A DNA stretch of 64,000 bases from Octopus vulgaris (GCA_951406725.2 OX597830.1:50716001-50780000); one strand, 5' to 3'. Positions 39,910 to 53,679 are shown, counted from the stretch's first letter. The notes: generated by a model from the sequence alone, not told the origin. Program-made: numbers and translations.

Positions 39910-41948
39910 TGTATCTAGCTATCTATGAATATGTATGTATGTGTGTGTGTGTGTGTATGAGGAGATGGTTACATTTGCTTTGATGTTAATTAAATGCTAA
40001 ATTTCATTTGAAGTAAAATAAATATGAAAGCTGTAAAAAGAGTTTGCTGGAAGAGTTTTTGTGGTTATAATTTGTGTCAGCTCAAACTAAAAAGCCAGAC
40101 TTAGAAGAAGCATTTACAGAGAATTGTCAGGAATAAAACTTCAAAGGAAATGTGAAATTAACAATTGTACAACAACAACAACAACGACAGAATCTAAACC
40201 AGCGACAACAAAAATTTATATATTTCCAACTTTCGATACCTATTTTCATGTGAAATCCGAACTTAACTGTTGAATGGTAAATTATTAGATGGATGTGTAT
40301 ATATATATATATATATAAAATGTTTCAGAAGGAATTTGTAATAACAAAAATGCAAAAACAACTGATACCATGAATAACAAGAACAGCAACAACAATAATA
40401 AGTCTCCCTATCGTAAAGTAAAACAAAATAAAACAAAAGCAATAGACACAAAAAGACTACTTTCAGAAGTAAATGAGGCGACAGCATTTGCACATGAAAC
40501 TGGAAATAAACATTGCTCTGTGGTAAAAATATAAACATGGCGGATGTAAAATCAACAACAATGGCAATCACTGAAACAACAATAATAATAACAACAGCAG
40601 CAACAGCAACAGCAGCCGTTCAAGAATTTGGACCCGGAGATCTCCATTTCCAGCGACTTCGAGTGCTACCACCCAGTGGTGTCGAGCGTCAACGAAGAGC
40701 CCTCGACTACAACAAGACGACCGAAGTTTTTATTTTTCCAAGGTCTGGGGTCTCCTGTCCCTAGGCCTTAGACCATCACCTAATCACCCTTTCCCGTCTT
40801 GTTGTTTAACAACAACAACAACAACAGCAAAATAGTCTCAACAAAACTATCATGAACAAAACAAAATTATGAACGGCAGGTTTAGCAGCAACAACAGCAA
40901 CAAAATAGCAGCACAAAAACAAAACAGTTACAACAAAAGCAACAACTGTCATACTAAGGTCACCCCTGATTACACTACATTTCCCGATTTTTGTCCTTGA
41001 AAATCAACTGTTATTTGCAATTTGGTTATCTCAAGAAAGTATTAAAAATGGCTAATATTTCCTTTAATCTTTACTTGTTACATTTATTCAAACCCCAAAG
41101 AATCCCTCTCATTAGATGGTTATGATGTACACGCCATCATTCCTGCTCGTCATCATATATGCACATTTGGTCAGCTTCTTAGGGCATGATCGAGTGTTTA
41201 AGATCAAGCCACTGACTAGCAAGTCTGTGATATTAAGCAGAAAATTCGCAATAATAATATTTCTGCTTCAGCAATTCAGCGCTGAATCTGTCTGAAATCT
41301 ATTGGAAAATTGGTTAGTTTCAAAACATTGATGTCCAGGTCACAAAGGCAAAATTTGAAGGGAATAATGGTCATTTCCTTTGATTTCTTGACAGAAGCAA
41401 ATAGGAAATAACACTTACTGACCAAAGACAAGAAAAAAGAAAGAAAGATTTGTTACACAATGCTATACACTATGATGCAGAGGCGCCAACCAAGGAATTC
41501 TGCTAGGGTTTTTCGACTTGCTAGAAACATCAAGATTTCCTCGAAATTACACATCACCGATTTAAGAAACATTAGAAACAATACACAATGTAATTCTAGA
41601 TATCTGCAATACAAAATAGTTGAGATGGTCACACATGGAATCCCTTTGGGAATGAGTCTAATCAATTATGTCTGAGCTACACAAAAAGCAACCTCAACCA
41701 CATCCACTTTATGGAGGAACAATCTGGATAATGTATCGAATGCCACATACCCGGGTGACAGCACTAGACCCCTGAACATTATATCTCCATAATATGGCCC
41801 TTAAATAGGTAGAGGTGAGGTATGAGGTATTTGGTCTACAGTGGGTTTTATTGTTGTTTAGTCCCAGATCAGCTCGGGTTGAGCAGACCACCTGATAAAA
41901 GACATTCTGACTGAAACAATAAGACAACGGAAATAATTTCAAAGCTTT

Positions 41949-42006
41949 GTGGTTACGATTCCTGACTTGCACTCAGGCGGCTCGGATTTTAATCCCTGCA
42001 TGGAAA
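41949..42006 (+). pseudogene. 5'-truncated tRNA-Glu-like pseudogene
   Basis: GTGGTTACGATTCCTGACTTGCACTCAGGCGGCTCGG...ATGGAAA aligns without gaps to recalled metazoan tRNA-Glu(TTC); anticodon and T loop decayed. Confidence 0.5.
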
Positions 42007-42019
42007 CGATTATCTTTAT

Positions 42020-42177
42020 AGGCGCATGCGTAGCTATGAGGTAAAAAGTTTGCTTCCTACCACTACGTTACGGGTTCTGTCCTTCTGCGTGGCACCTGGA
42101 GCAATTGACTTCTGTTAATGTTTTGGGCAAATCAAAGCCTTGTGAGTGTATTTAGATGTAAACTGAAAGAAACACGT

Positions 42178-42219
<42 letters not shown>

Positions 42220-42281
42220 TACCTATCTCTCTTTATCTCTCTCTTTCTCTCTCTCTCTACATACATGCGTAAATAAATAAG

Positions 42282-42315
<34 letters not shown>

Positions 42316-42440
42316 TACACATTTATATATTAAATGTATGTCTTTGTGTTTCTCTCCCAACCGCTTGACCAGTGTTGGTTTGTTTACGTCTCCATGATTA
42401 AGTGCTTCGTTAAAAGCGACCGATAGAATAAATATTGTAG
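42020..42440 (+). mobile_element. SINE family B, degenerate
   Basis: Head, CTGCGTGGCACCTGG, internal (TC)n/(TA)n, GCGACCGATAGAATAA. Confidence 0.75.
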
Positions 42441-42684
42441 TCCATTTATATTAGAATAAAGACTACAAGTGGCTGATGCGAAGGAGTATCAGAATGATTG
42501 TATTAAGTAGTGAACCAAACATGTTTCTCATGAAAATACCGAGCATATTAGATTCCTACTCCATACATGACTATATGATCCACATGCAGAACACTTCCCT
42601 GGGATATTTCCCCTTATCAGTATTAAAAGTTCTCGATCCTCTACCAAAATCTTACCCATTCCCATTGTGTATTTTATTGTCTGA

Positions 42685-43079
42685 CTAGCAGTATTGCCCG
42701 GCGTTGCTCGGGTTTGTAAGGGAAATAACTATATAAGCATTTTTAGAGATGTAAGGTATAATAGTCATCTCAATATGACTAACCACAAAGCGGGGTGTTG
42801 CTGTAGCTTTTTACGTTCTGAGATTTAATAATACATTTTTAGAGAGTTACTTCCCTTATATAATAGCAAAAAATGCATTAAAAATGGGAAAAAAATTACG
42901 GTAATTTTTTTTTTAAATCGTAGACTCATCGTAGACGCGCGCTAATATCCAGAAGGGCTCGATATGAATCACGACCATAAGATACCCTCTTTTGGTTACA
43001 CTGCACCGCAAAATGTGGGAGTAGTTAGGAATCTAAATCGTAGGAGACAGTCACACAACTTCACTTTTATATATAAAGA
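42685..43079 (-). mobile_element. Non-autonomous Helitron, both termini intact
   Basis: Minus strand A|TCTTTATATATAAAAG ... CCCGAGCAACGCCGGG hairpin ... CTAG|T. Confidence 0.85.
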
Positions 43080-44167
43080 TAAGTAATAACTGAGGAAGCC
43101 AAATGATACCAAAGCATATGCAAAGGTGTCACTATATTTACCAATAATCAGATTATTCCATCACTTCATGTCTTTATATAATTTGTAATCAATCTCAATT
43201 TCGGAGCTATCAATTTGGCTCTTTCTGTGACAAGTTCTTGTGATTAAAAGTAATTATTTTGTATCTTAATTACGGATGGCAATATTAATTAAATGCCATA
43301 TAACTTATCGTCACTATATGGGTTTGTATACTTTCACTGGCACACCGTCATATCGTTTGATTTACTTTGCAGGTGGTTCTAGTCGCAATTATCCTAGAAT
43401 GGGAATATCACAAATGATGTCATTTAATATAGCTTTTCTATAAATCAGATGCGTATGATCGTGGGAAGTTTAACTGCTATTTCCAGCAGATTTAAGGAGT
43501 ATATGTCATCTCCATTTTCAAAAACATTTACTCATAGACAATTCTACCTTTTCTCTTCCTCTCGTTCCTTATGCCTTGTTCTTTCATATCTTCATATATC
43601 GAGATTTATTTAGCAGAAACACAGGGGTTGCTTTCACCTCTCATCATTAGAGGCGGTGTCAGATTTAACTTAAGGATGATGATAGAAGAGAGTGCTCTTT
43701 GTGTGTGTGTGTGTGTGTGTGCGTGTGTATGTGTGTGTGCGTGCGCGCCAGTGTACACCCTCCCTTGTTGTGGTGAGTTTATCTCCCATGACAGTACAGA
43801 GAACATGTGTTTTGTTTGTAGCTAATGAGTCTTTGACTCTTATTTCTAGCAATGGTGGTACTCCCAGCACTCACACTCACTGTTAGTGACGGTGAATTAT
43901 TTCTCTTTTGGTTTTAAATTGCGTCTAGGCAACCGATAGCGTTCTCACACAAGGAAAAAAAAAACTCTCCAAAAATGTTTAGTGATATTCTGGTAAAAGA
44001 TTTTATAACTTTTTTTTAAAAAAATCGCCTATACACTTCAAAACTGCATTAAGTAATTCTCATAGAATTACAAATATATATATACACCTATACACATACA
44101 CATATAGGTACACTCAGGCGCAAGCGCGCTTACACAGACTTACATGCATATATATACACATACACAC

Positions 44168-44230
<63 letters not shown>

Positions 44231-44402
44231 CACATGCACATGTGCATATACATATATACATACGCATATGCAAGCACATACACACATGCACATTCGCACA
44301 CGCGCATGCGTGCACACATATATATATTTATGCATATGTATATATGTACATGTGTATATATGTATATACTTATGTATGTGTATATATATTTATGTGTGTG
44401 TG

Positions 44403-44770
44403 CTAAGTTACTTGCTTACCAGCCAAATTGTTCTGGGTTCATTCCCACTGAATGACACCTTGGGCAAGTGTCTTTTACTATAGCCTCGGGCCGACCAAAG
44501 TCTTGTGAATGGATTTAGGAAATGGAAACTGAAAGAAGCCCGTCGTATATATGCATATGTATATGTATGTATGTGTATAAGTTTTTGTGTCTGTGTTTGT
44601 CCCCCTCCCAAACATCTCTTGACAACCGATGGTGGTGTGTCTACGTCAACGTAAACTAGCGGTTCGGCAAAAGAGAGCGATAGAATAAGTACTAGACTTT
44701 CAAAGAATAAATCCAAGGTAGTGCTCCAGAATGGCTGCAGCCAAATGACTAAAACAAGTAAAAGAGAGTA
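44403..44770 (+). mobile_element. SINE family B
   Basis: Homologous to the 34350 copy. Confidence 0.88.
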
Positions 44771-44776
44771 AACAGA

Positions 44777-44819
<43 letters not shown>

Positions 44820-44822
<3 letters not shown>

Positions 44823-45372
44823 AAATATTAGGACGAATAAATCCAAACTTACAGGGAAAAAAATCAGATTTAGGATTAAATCCAATTTTATAGTATAAAT
44901 ATATTATATTATATTAAATTAGAGATAAAACCACTATTAGGCAAATCAAACTGAAAAACATAAGCCAATACATAAAATTAATTTAATTTATATTATTTTA
45001 AATATATATCAAAAGTATTAAAAGTTTAATAAAAGATAAAGAGTAAAACACGATGATCGTTTCATGGCTGTACCAATTCGAATAACAATAATTTAAATTC
45101 AATTAATAATTCGAGTTATGGTTACAGTCAATCTTCAGGTTAATTGAAATATTTAAAAAATAATCAGAAATATTTAAACAATATTTTTAAGATATAAATA
45201 ATATAATAATTTTACTTATAATAAACTCTATTATCAAACTCAACCTCGCTAAGATAAGTATTTATTTATATTTAAGATCTTCAAAATGGTTTGTAGCTTT
45301 AAATTTGTATATTAACCAGGATATTTATAATATTTCAGTCGATTAATAAATATATTTAGTATTCTTTTCTAG
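44820..45372 (-). mobile_element. Penelope-like terminal fragment with hammerhead motif
   Basis: AT-rich, abuts (TA)n; CUGAAGA...GAAACGAUCAUC at 45045-45144. Confidence 0.55.
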
Positions 45373-45374
45373 TC

Positions 45375-45731
45375 TTGGCACAAGGCCCGACATTTTTGTG
45401 GAGAGGTCAGTTGATGAGTTCGAGTCCAATACGCAACTGGTACTTAATTTACCGACCCCGAAAAGATGGAAGGCAACGCCGACCACAGCGGATTTCGAAC
45501 TCAGAACGTAAAGACAGACGAAATATCTGTTTCTTTATTACCCACAAGGGGCTAAACATAGAGAGGCAAACAAGGACAGACAAACGGATTAAGTCGATTA
45601 TATCCACCCCAGTGCGTAACTGGTACTTATTTAATCGACTCCGATAGTATGAAAGGCAAAGTCGACCTCGGCGGAATTTGAACTCAGAACGTAGCGGCAG
45701 ACGAAATACCGCTAAGCATTTCGCCCGGCCT
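45375..45731 (-). mobile_element. SINE family A dimer
   Basis: Junction GAAATATCTGTTTCTTT at ~45520. Confidence 0.88.
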
Positions 45732-45765
45732 TCATATGTGAATGTATGTATGTATGTATGCATGT

Positions 45766-45885
<120 letters not shown>

Positions 45886-45970
45886 CATATATATATGTAC
45901 ATATGTATGTATAAGAAATTTAAAAAAGGAAAATACACACACTTTACATAGTTTTAATATAATTTTTAAT

Positions 45971-46005
45971 ATATCGACCGGTTTCGCTTTCGCTATTCAT
46001 GATAT
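45971..46005 (-). ncRNA. Degenerate minimal hammerhead motif
   Basis: AUAUC-AUGAAUA-GC(gaaa)GC-GAAA-CCGG-UC-GAUAU; two core substitutions. Confidence 0.55.
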
Positions 46006-46889
46006 GGTTTACTTATGTATTTTGTTAAGAAGACATTTTGTCCATGTATTAATGTCTTCACTCTGGTGTTAATGTCATCTCATCGGGCATTATTGTTTGT
46101 CACATATGGTATACCTGTTTCCAACTCTTGTATTAGCGTCCCTCTCTTCTTGTAATAGTGTCCCCGCCTCTGACCTGTGAGTCCTCACCTCTGATATTAC
46201 ATTTTGCTCCTTTTAGTATGAATGTCCTCACTGGTTGTTTATTTCTAGCATTTGTAAATTCCATCTAAAACTTTCCACGTTAGCTTTCGTCACCATAAAT
46301 ATCATTCGATGTCTTTGGTTTGTAAGAAGGATATACTTTTGCTCACAATAATATTGTATTAGTTGCTAAGTTCCGTCATATTTGCCGTCTCCATCACCAA
46401 CTGCATCCTTGATGTTATTAATTCCTCCATTCTATTAATCAAATAGAATCTTGCATCATACTCTGCACAGGTTAAGATAAACAGTTTTCATGGTCTGGCC
46501 ATTTCCAATTGACATGGGACCGGATAATAATCTTGTGTGCAGAATTACTTGCAAGGTTTCAATTGCAACAGGTTAAGCCAGAATTTGGCGCTACATTAAG
46601 CAATTAAATTGATGTCAACCACTTAAATCACTATCTACAATTATTACTTCTTCTCTCTTCTAGTATTTGCAATGGCAACTGAGCGCAAATAAAAGAGTAA
46701 TTTCCGTAAATGTACTTTACTTATTAATCATCTCCTGAGCTTTCACACGAGGAATATTTCGATAACAGTTTCACCAATAAACATATGTCAGGCTCGATGT
46801 CAAACAACACTAGCAGCTCGTCTAGGCATTAATCCTTTCCACTTTACTTGAGCCACTTAACAGCATAAGATATTGGTTTATTCTTCTAG

Positions 46890-47067
46890 GGATACACATA
46901 ATTATGTAGACTGTCGTCAAGATATATAGTCCCATGAAGTAATATACTACTTGATCTAGTGTCAGAATAATATACAGCCATGTTAAATGCCAGAATATAT
47001 ACACTTGTGTACTGTCAGACTATATAACGTTCAATGTTACCCAAATGCACACCCTCGTGTAAGTATT

Positions 47068-47136
<69 letters not shown>

Positions 47137-47228
47137 CATACATACATACATACAAAAACTGTTCGATGAACGGCAACGGGAAACTCAGAGTAACAGGTTT
47201 TGTTGAATTTTCTGCTGCTTTAAATAAA

Positions 47229-47284
<56 letters not shown>

Positions 47285-47700
47285 TCTTGTGTAACGTCAG
47301 AATAAACCGCGTTGGGTAAGGTTCAAATATACATCGTGGCCAATAAACATTCTTGTGTGTTTTCAAAATATACATATTTATGTCATGTTAGAATATACAC
47401 ACTATTTTATATACCCTTAATATGGTGTCATATCATACACCCTTGTGTAATGACAGAATACAATGCTTTATCTCTTGTGCAAATATAGAGACTTACACGT
47501 CATTGTTATTCGGAATAAACAGCTTTTACTGTATCAAAATATATACCCGTCTGCCAGTGTAAATATATATCAGTCTGCTAGAGGTAATATACAGTTATCG
47601 GTTAGTTAGGTTGTGGTATTGTCACAGTAGTCACAGTATATACAGTTTTAAACTATATCAAAATACACATTATTCTGTCTAGTCAGCATTTTATAGCATA
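46890..47700. repeat. Ancient ~24-bp degenerate minisatellite, interrupted by (TA)n
   Basis: Recurring TCAGAATATACAC..TTGTGTAA-like units. Confidence 0.5.
47159..47196 (+). ncRNA. Variant type I hammerhead motif in a ~75-bp insert within (TA)n
   Basis: CUGU-UCGAUGAA-CG(gcaa)CG-G-GAAA-CUC(a)GAG-UA-ACAG; AATAAA downstream. Confidence 0.45.
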
Positions 47701-47843
47701 GTTTCTTGGCAACTATCGGCAATAGTTATGTTCAGTTGAAAGGAAAGAAACTACAACCGAATGTGTTTATATTATAAAGAAAGTGTAAACAACGCAAAGC
47801 TAATATTAACGATGCTGATGCTTAAATACATTCCTACATACAA

Positions 47844-47898
<55 letters not shown>

Positions 47899-47923
47899 GT
47901 ATCTATGTATCTATGTATGTATG

Positions 47924-47982
<59 letters not shown>

Positions 47983-48021
47983 ATATACATATATATATAT
48001 ATGTATATATATATATACATA

Positions 48022-48070
<49 letters not shown>

Positions 48071-48083
48071 TTACATACATATT

Positions 48084-48255
48084 GCTGAGGTCGGTACATT
48101 AATACCTGATAACTCCACAGAAGTGAGGGATACTAATATATGAGGTAACGGACACTTATCCCTGAGGTGGAAAACATCTTTCCCTGAGATGGGAGACATT
48201 AATACCTGGGGTGAGGGGGCACAAATTGCTGAGGCGACGGAACTCTAAAACTGTG
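48084..48255. repeat. ~22-bp degenerate minisatellite
   Basis: About 7 units of CTGAGGTGGGAGACATTAATAC-like sequence. Confidence 0.65.
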
Positions 48256-48371
48256 GATGGCTCATCGCTAATGAACGTTATCTCATTTCATTGAGATATT
48301 TCAAATATTGCATCCAAGGCAATGAAGCTTCACAAAATTACAAATTACGAAAGAAACTACAACTTCAAATA

Positions 48372-48516
48372 AGCGCAGGCGTGTCTGTGTTGCAAGAAGA
48401 TAGCTTCCCAACCACATGGTTCCTGATTCAGTCGGGCAAGTATCTTGTACTCTAGCCTCAGACCAAACAAAACCTTGTGAATCTATTTGGTGGACGGAAA
48501 CTGAAAAAAAGCCCAT

Positions 48517-48592
<76 letters not shown>

Positions 48593-50090
48593 CAAGTAAA
48601 TGCAGCAAGTAAATAGACACCTTTAATTTTCAAAATCTTTTATTTAATACGCAAAGCGAACAATTGAAATGTAATCGATAGGTAGGACCACATACATTAG
48701 TGTTTAGTCGACATTTCCTTTGCAGTTTTTAATTCAGAAACTCTTTTTGGCATTGAACTGATGAGCTTTGTGATTGTCTATTGTGGAATTTCAGCCCACT
48801 TTTCAAGCAACAATCAAAACAATTGATCTTTAGTTTTAGGTTTCTGACGAGTTTTCCGTATAGCTCTATCTAGTATGCTCCAAAGATTTTCAGTTGGGTT
48901 CATGTCAAGAGATAGGCTCGGCCAAGGAAGCTTTTCGATCCCATTTTCAGTCAGCCATTGTTGATTCCATTTCGCTGTGTGACATGAAGCCCCGTCTTCC
49001 ATGAAAAAAAAGCTCATTTTTCGTTATGTTATTGTATGAATACATCGGAAGTAGTCCTTGCTTAATTATTCGATGTATTCTTCAGAGTTTATGATTCCAA
49101 CACATTCGATCCGCTCAGAGGGACCATTGCTGGTGACAGCTCCCTATACCATTACAGAGATACCGCCATGTTTCACAGTTGGTTGGAGTCATTTCAAATC
49201 AAATTCGTGATTGGAAAACCTCCAGACCCAAACACATCCTCTGTCTGAAAATAATGCAAATCTGGATTCATCTGAGAAAATCACTCTATCCCAAAATGAA
49301 CTGGATTTCTCTGACATCTCCTTGGCCCATTTCTTTCTTTTCATGATATTAATTGGTTGAAGAAGAGGTTTTCTTCTAGCTGCTCGTCTATAATACCCAA
49401 GCTGATGCAGATATGTAACACACGTTCTTGGACTAACTTCTAGAAGCTTCTTTTCCAAGGGCCCAAATCGGCCGGGACGAGAATCTGTTGATTCTTTTCC
49501 TTGACTTTGGAATTGCACTAGAATTCTATTAACAGTAGCAAGAGGAATTTGAAGATTTTTGGCAATTTTTCGCTGGCTAAGAGCAGCCTCTGATTGCCCA
49601 ACAAGACGACCTCTTTGAAAATCTGATAGTTCTGCTGAATTTTTTGTGTGTGGCATGGTTACTCTTCGTAAATGTTTAATATAATGGCATCTGGAATGAA
49701 AAAGAATAAATACTTATAAATTATATACCGCTGAAAACACATTAAGACGCTTAGATCAGAAATTTTGAAAATTAATGGTGTCTATTTACTTTCTGCTTTT
49801 CTGTATATCTAAGTATGTATGTATGTATGTATGTGTGTGTGTGTGCATGCATGTATATGTTTATATGTGTGTCTTTGTGTATGTGTTGTGCCCCTCACGT
49901 CACTACTTGAGAACCAGTGTTGATGTGTTTACGTCCCCCTAAATTAGCGGTTCGGGAAAAGTGACCAATAAAATAAGTACTAGGTTTAAGAATAAGTCCT
50001 GGGTCTATTTGTTAGAATAAAATCCCTGAACAGCTGTGCTCCAGCATGTCCGCAGTCAAATAACCGAAACAGGTAAAAGAATAGAAGAAA
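48372..50090 (+). mobile_element. SINE family B split by a Tc1 insertion
   Basis: 5' half 48372-48520, 3' half 49860-50090. Confidence 0.8.
48589..49803 (-). mobile_element. Tc1 DD34E transposon, decayed
   Basis: ~40-bp TIRs (AAGTAAATAGACACC.TTAATTTTCAAAAT); [30 protein letters not shown]-34aa-E. Confidence 0.9.
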
Positions 50091-50534
50091 ATCACCTTAG
50101 TTGTTTAGCAGTCAACCAGTCATTATCTACTATAACTATGATCTGAGTCATTACCAAAATAACCAACATGTTTGTTTGCTAGATTTCTCTACTCAGCACT
50201 ACAATATCAACATTTATTTCCCTTTAAAACAGTCTAGAACAGTCTAGAATATCTTTATACGGATGAACAACCGTATTGAAGATCTATCACTCACGAGAGC
50301 TTAAGTTATATCGTTCGATAGTTCGATTCATGGTTCACTCAAATATCTTATAGCATCTTTATCTCAGTGGTTTCTGTGCAGGCTACACTCAGTATCATAT
50401 ATAAAGCCGCACTCAATCATTTCTAGCAGTTCCATTCAACAATAACTTATATATCACGATATATGTCACACAATATTCTATATCATGTCCAATAACACAT
50501 GTTATCTCAGTATACGCTCGTGTAAGTATGTATG

Positions 50535-50611
<77 letters not shown>

Positions 50612-50753
50612 ACACATTCACACGTAGATGCATATATACATGTACATAAACACATAAAAGAGAATAGAGAAAAAGAAGTGTCGGTGACTATAGCATATAC
50701 AGAAAATGATGAATATATTATCTTGCGAATATTTATTACACTCTTAAATACAA

Positions 50754-50799
<46 letters not shown>

Positions 50800-50899
50800 T
50801 GCTTATTCATGTATATACACATATATGTATTTGTATATTAGTATATATATATATACATATATATATACATATATACCATAAATTTATACTATATATATG

Positions 50900-50941
<42 letters not shown>

Positions 50942-52629
50942 GTATGTATGTATACCATATACATACATATATATATATACTATATATATATATACATACA
51001 TATATATATACTATATATAAATACTTACATACGTATAGATTTATCTAATATACATTACTTATAATATATATAAACATGAAAAACCAGCATGTATCTGTGA
51101 ATGTCATTATCAGACATTAATAGAATATATTATTTTCTCTTCTTCAAAGTAAGTAATTATATAAATATATGAGATATTTCGAGTTAGACATAATTACTTG
51201 CACGCTGTGAAATGTTTCATTATACGTAGTAAATTGAAACATAGATAATCTTTTAGAGGCGTTCCTCATATACAGTGTATGGAAGACTGTAATGATAAAA
51301 ATGATAGGCAACCCATTTTGAGATGTGGTGATTTCTCTAGTAGAATCAACATTGAGTTCCACTGTGGTTATAGTAAAATTATATCTGTCCATTTCGCTGA
51401 AAATTTTTGCCATTTGGTTGCAGCGAGTGAAAACTTCGATCTGCGAAGACGGTGTTTGAATGATCTATTTTTTGGCGTGAGTCTTTTGTGTGTGTCTCTG
51501 TCGTGTAATGGTGAGTGTATTCTCGTTTTAATGTTGTTGTTCAACCGAAAATCCCTCTGGATCCAGAAAATTACAAGTAAATAGAAGAATCATAGTGTCA
51601 AATAGAATACGTGGCTTTGCTTATTCGAGTTGTCTAAGCTCTGATTTCTAACGGTGCTCGTGTCAATTTTGCCGTTCATACTGTCGGTGATGGAGAAAGT
51701 AACATTTCTGGGCAGTTCTAGCAGAATGGTAATGAATAGGGCGAAATATATTGCTGTATATTTTTCTTGTCTAGGTGTTATGCTTTTAAACTGATCTTTC
51801 TCCTACCGGCCATCTCAGGGTTAAAAGTCTTGATCCAACAAACCTAACATTGAAAACATTGGATCTCTACCTTTTGACCTACAGATTTAAAAAATATTTT
51901 TTTGTAACTAAATACTTTCAAACTTCGGACATTGGTAGAATGTGTCATATAAAACACCTTTTACTCTTAGCATTTTTGAGAAAAACTTATATTTACGAAG
52001 TTATTTCACGTCAAAGTTGTCGTATTTCGGTAATTTCAACCAATCAATGACGTGTATTCAGCTGAATTAAGTTACTGCTTTTGTTTTTTGTCAACAAGAA
52101 CTTCCAGCGGTGTATATCTCGTTTGTCAGTGTTATTTATGATATCGCTCGTTATTTACAACATCGTTCTATATTCCTGGACACCAGTCTAGATTTAATAA
52201 CGAAAATATCATAGAAAACTGAACACAGATACTACACAGATATTCTTCGTCTCATGCTAACTCTATAACATAACTCTGGAATAAGTAGGGAATATACGCT
52301 CTGAGGAGGATATTTTGAAATGTGTGGTATCTAACCATTTAAATGCTGTAACGAAGAATATTTTCCAAAGAACACCCACGGAACCTGGAAGTTCAGTAAA
52401 AAAATTCCTATCCAAAATATAGTAAAAATGTGTGTACTCCTACTAAGCTAGATCTTTACTGAGAGTATTATTTCAATATTAGTTTTCCAGATCCACAAAA
52501 ATTGCACGCTTTTTAAAAAGCCGAAACTATCGATAGTCACACGTCACATAACTCAATCGATAAGGTGTAATCAGCTAATCCTTACCCTTCCCATTTAAAC
52601 ACCAACGAAAATGTTGTAAAGGGGATCCC

Positions 52630-52895
52630 TGAAGACGTGTGGCTTAGTGGTTAGGGTATTCGGCTCAAGATCTCAAAGTCATGAATTCGATACCTGGTAG
52701 AAATGAGTTCTACCTGTAATTCAAAGGCCCAACCTCGTCACATTCTGTGTCACGCTGAATTTTCCTGAGAACTACGTTCAGGGCGCGCTTTTTTATGGAT
52801 TGCTTAACCATTTGCACGTTAATTTCACAAGCAGGCTGGTCTGCTGACCGGATCAACTGGTACTCTCGTCGTCGTAACTGACCGAGCGCCAGTTA
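52630..52895 (+). mobile_element. tRNA-derived SINE, degenerate
   Basis: TGGCTTAGTGGTTAGG A box, AATTCGATACC B box. Confidence 0.65.
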
Positions 52896-53279
52896 CAACA
52901 CTGTACTTAAAGTATCCCGTTTTCATAGTTCAAAGGATTCATATGGCACATAAGGTAGAGATTTAACCAGCAATTAAAAAAACAAACAAACAAGATCAGG
53001 AATTAATTCTGTCCCTGGAATACATAAATATTGTGACAGGGTCGATAATACTGCTCTGCCATACATATCGGGGAAGTGAGAGATAGAGTCGAAAATGTCC
53101 GCGGACCATCGCAGTTACTTTACAACTTTATATCAATGGGAGAAAATGTTAGATGTTATAACGCAATTATTGAACCGAGTAAAGTTTTGCTTGTTAAGAC
53201 GCAACAAAGTTGATACATAGTAGTGTCTCAAAGATTCCAAACATCAAGTAACAGCTTGTGATACAAGCACACATTGTCT

Positions 53280-53433
53280 AAAGTGGGGATGTAGCCTCTC
53301 ATGACGAGATACAACAGTGATCTGCATATTCACGTGCGAATCTGCCAGAGCGTATTCAGAGTGAACGCTATTGTTTGTTGTATTCTTACTCTCCAGTGTG
53401 TACCTCGTGATTTATCAGTTTTCCAAAATTACA
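53280..53433 (+). mobile_element. Possible PPT + 3' LTR remnant
   Basis: AAAGTGGGGA followed by TGTA...TACA. Confidence 0.25.
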
Positions 53434-53574
53434 TTCCTTTTATTTACATGAAAACTTCAGCAAGTTTCATTTGATATGTCAATCCATTGCACTCCAACTG
53501 GAAATATTTGTTAAAATTCTGCCAAGAGAAGCGCCAAAACATTGGCAGAACTTCAAGTAAGTATATTAACAGAA

Positions 53575-53622
53575 TCCTATACATATATACATATATACAT
53601 GCATACATATATATATATATAT

Positions 53623-53679
<57 letters not shown>

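Noticed and set aside
46330-46800. Faint Helitron helicase-like residues on the minus strand
   Set aside because: Motifs not recoverable with confidence
51200-51265. CUAAAAGA..AUUAU/AUAAU-GAAA-CAUU-UC on the minus strand
   Set aside because: Too many core deviations in AT-rich sequence
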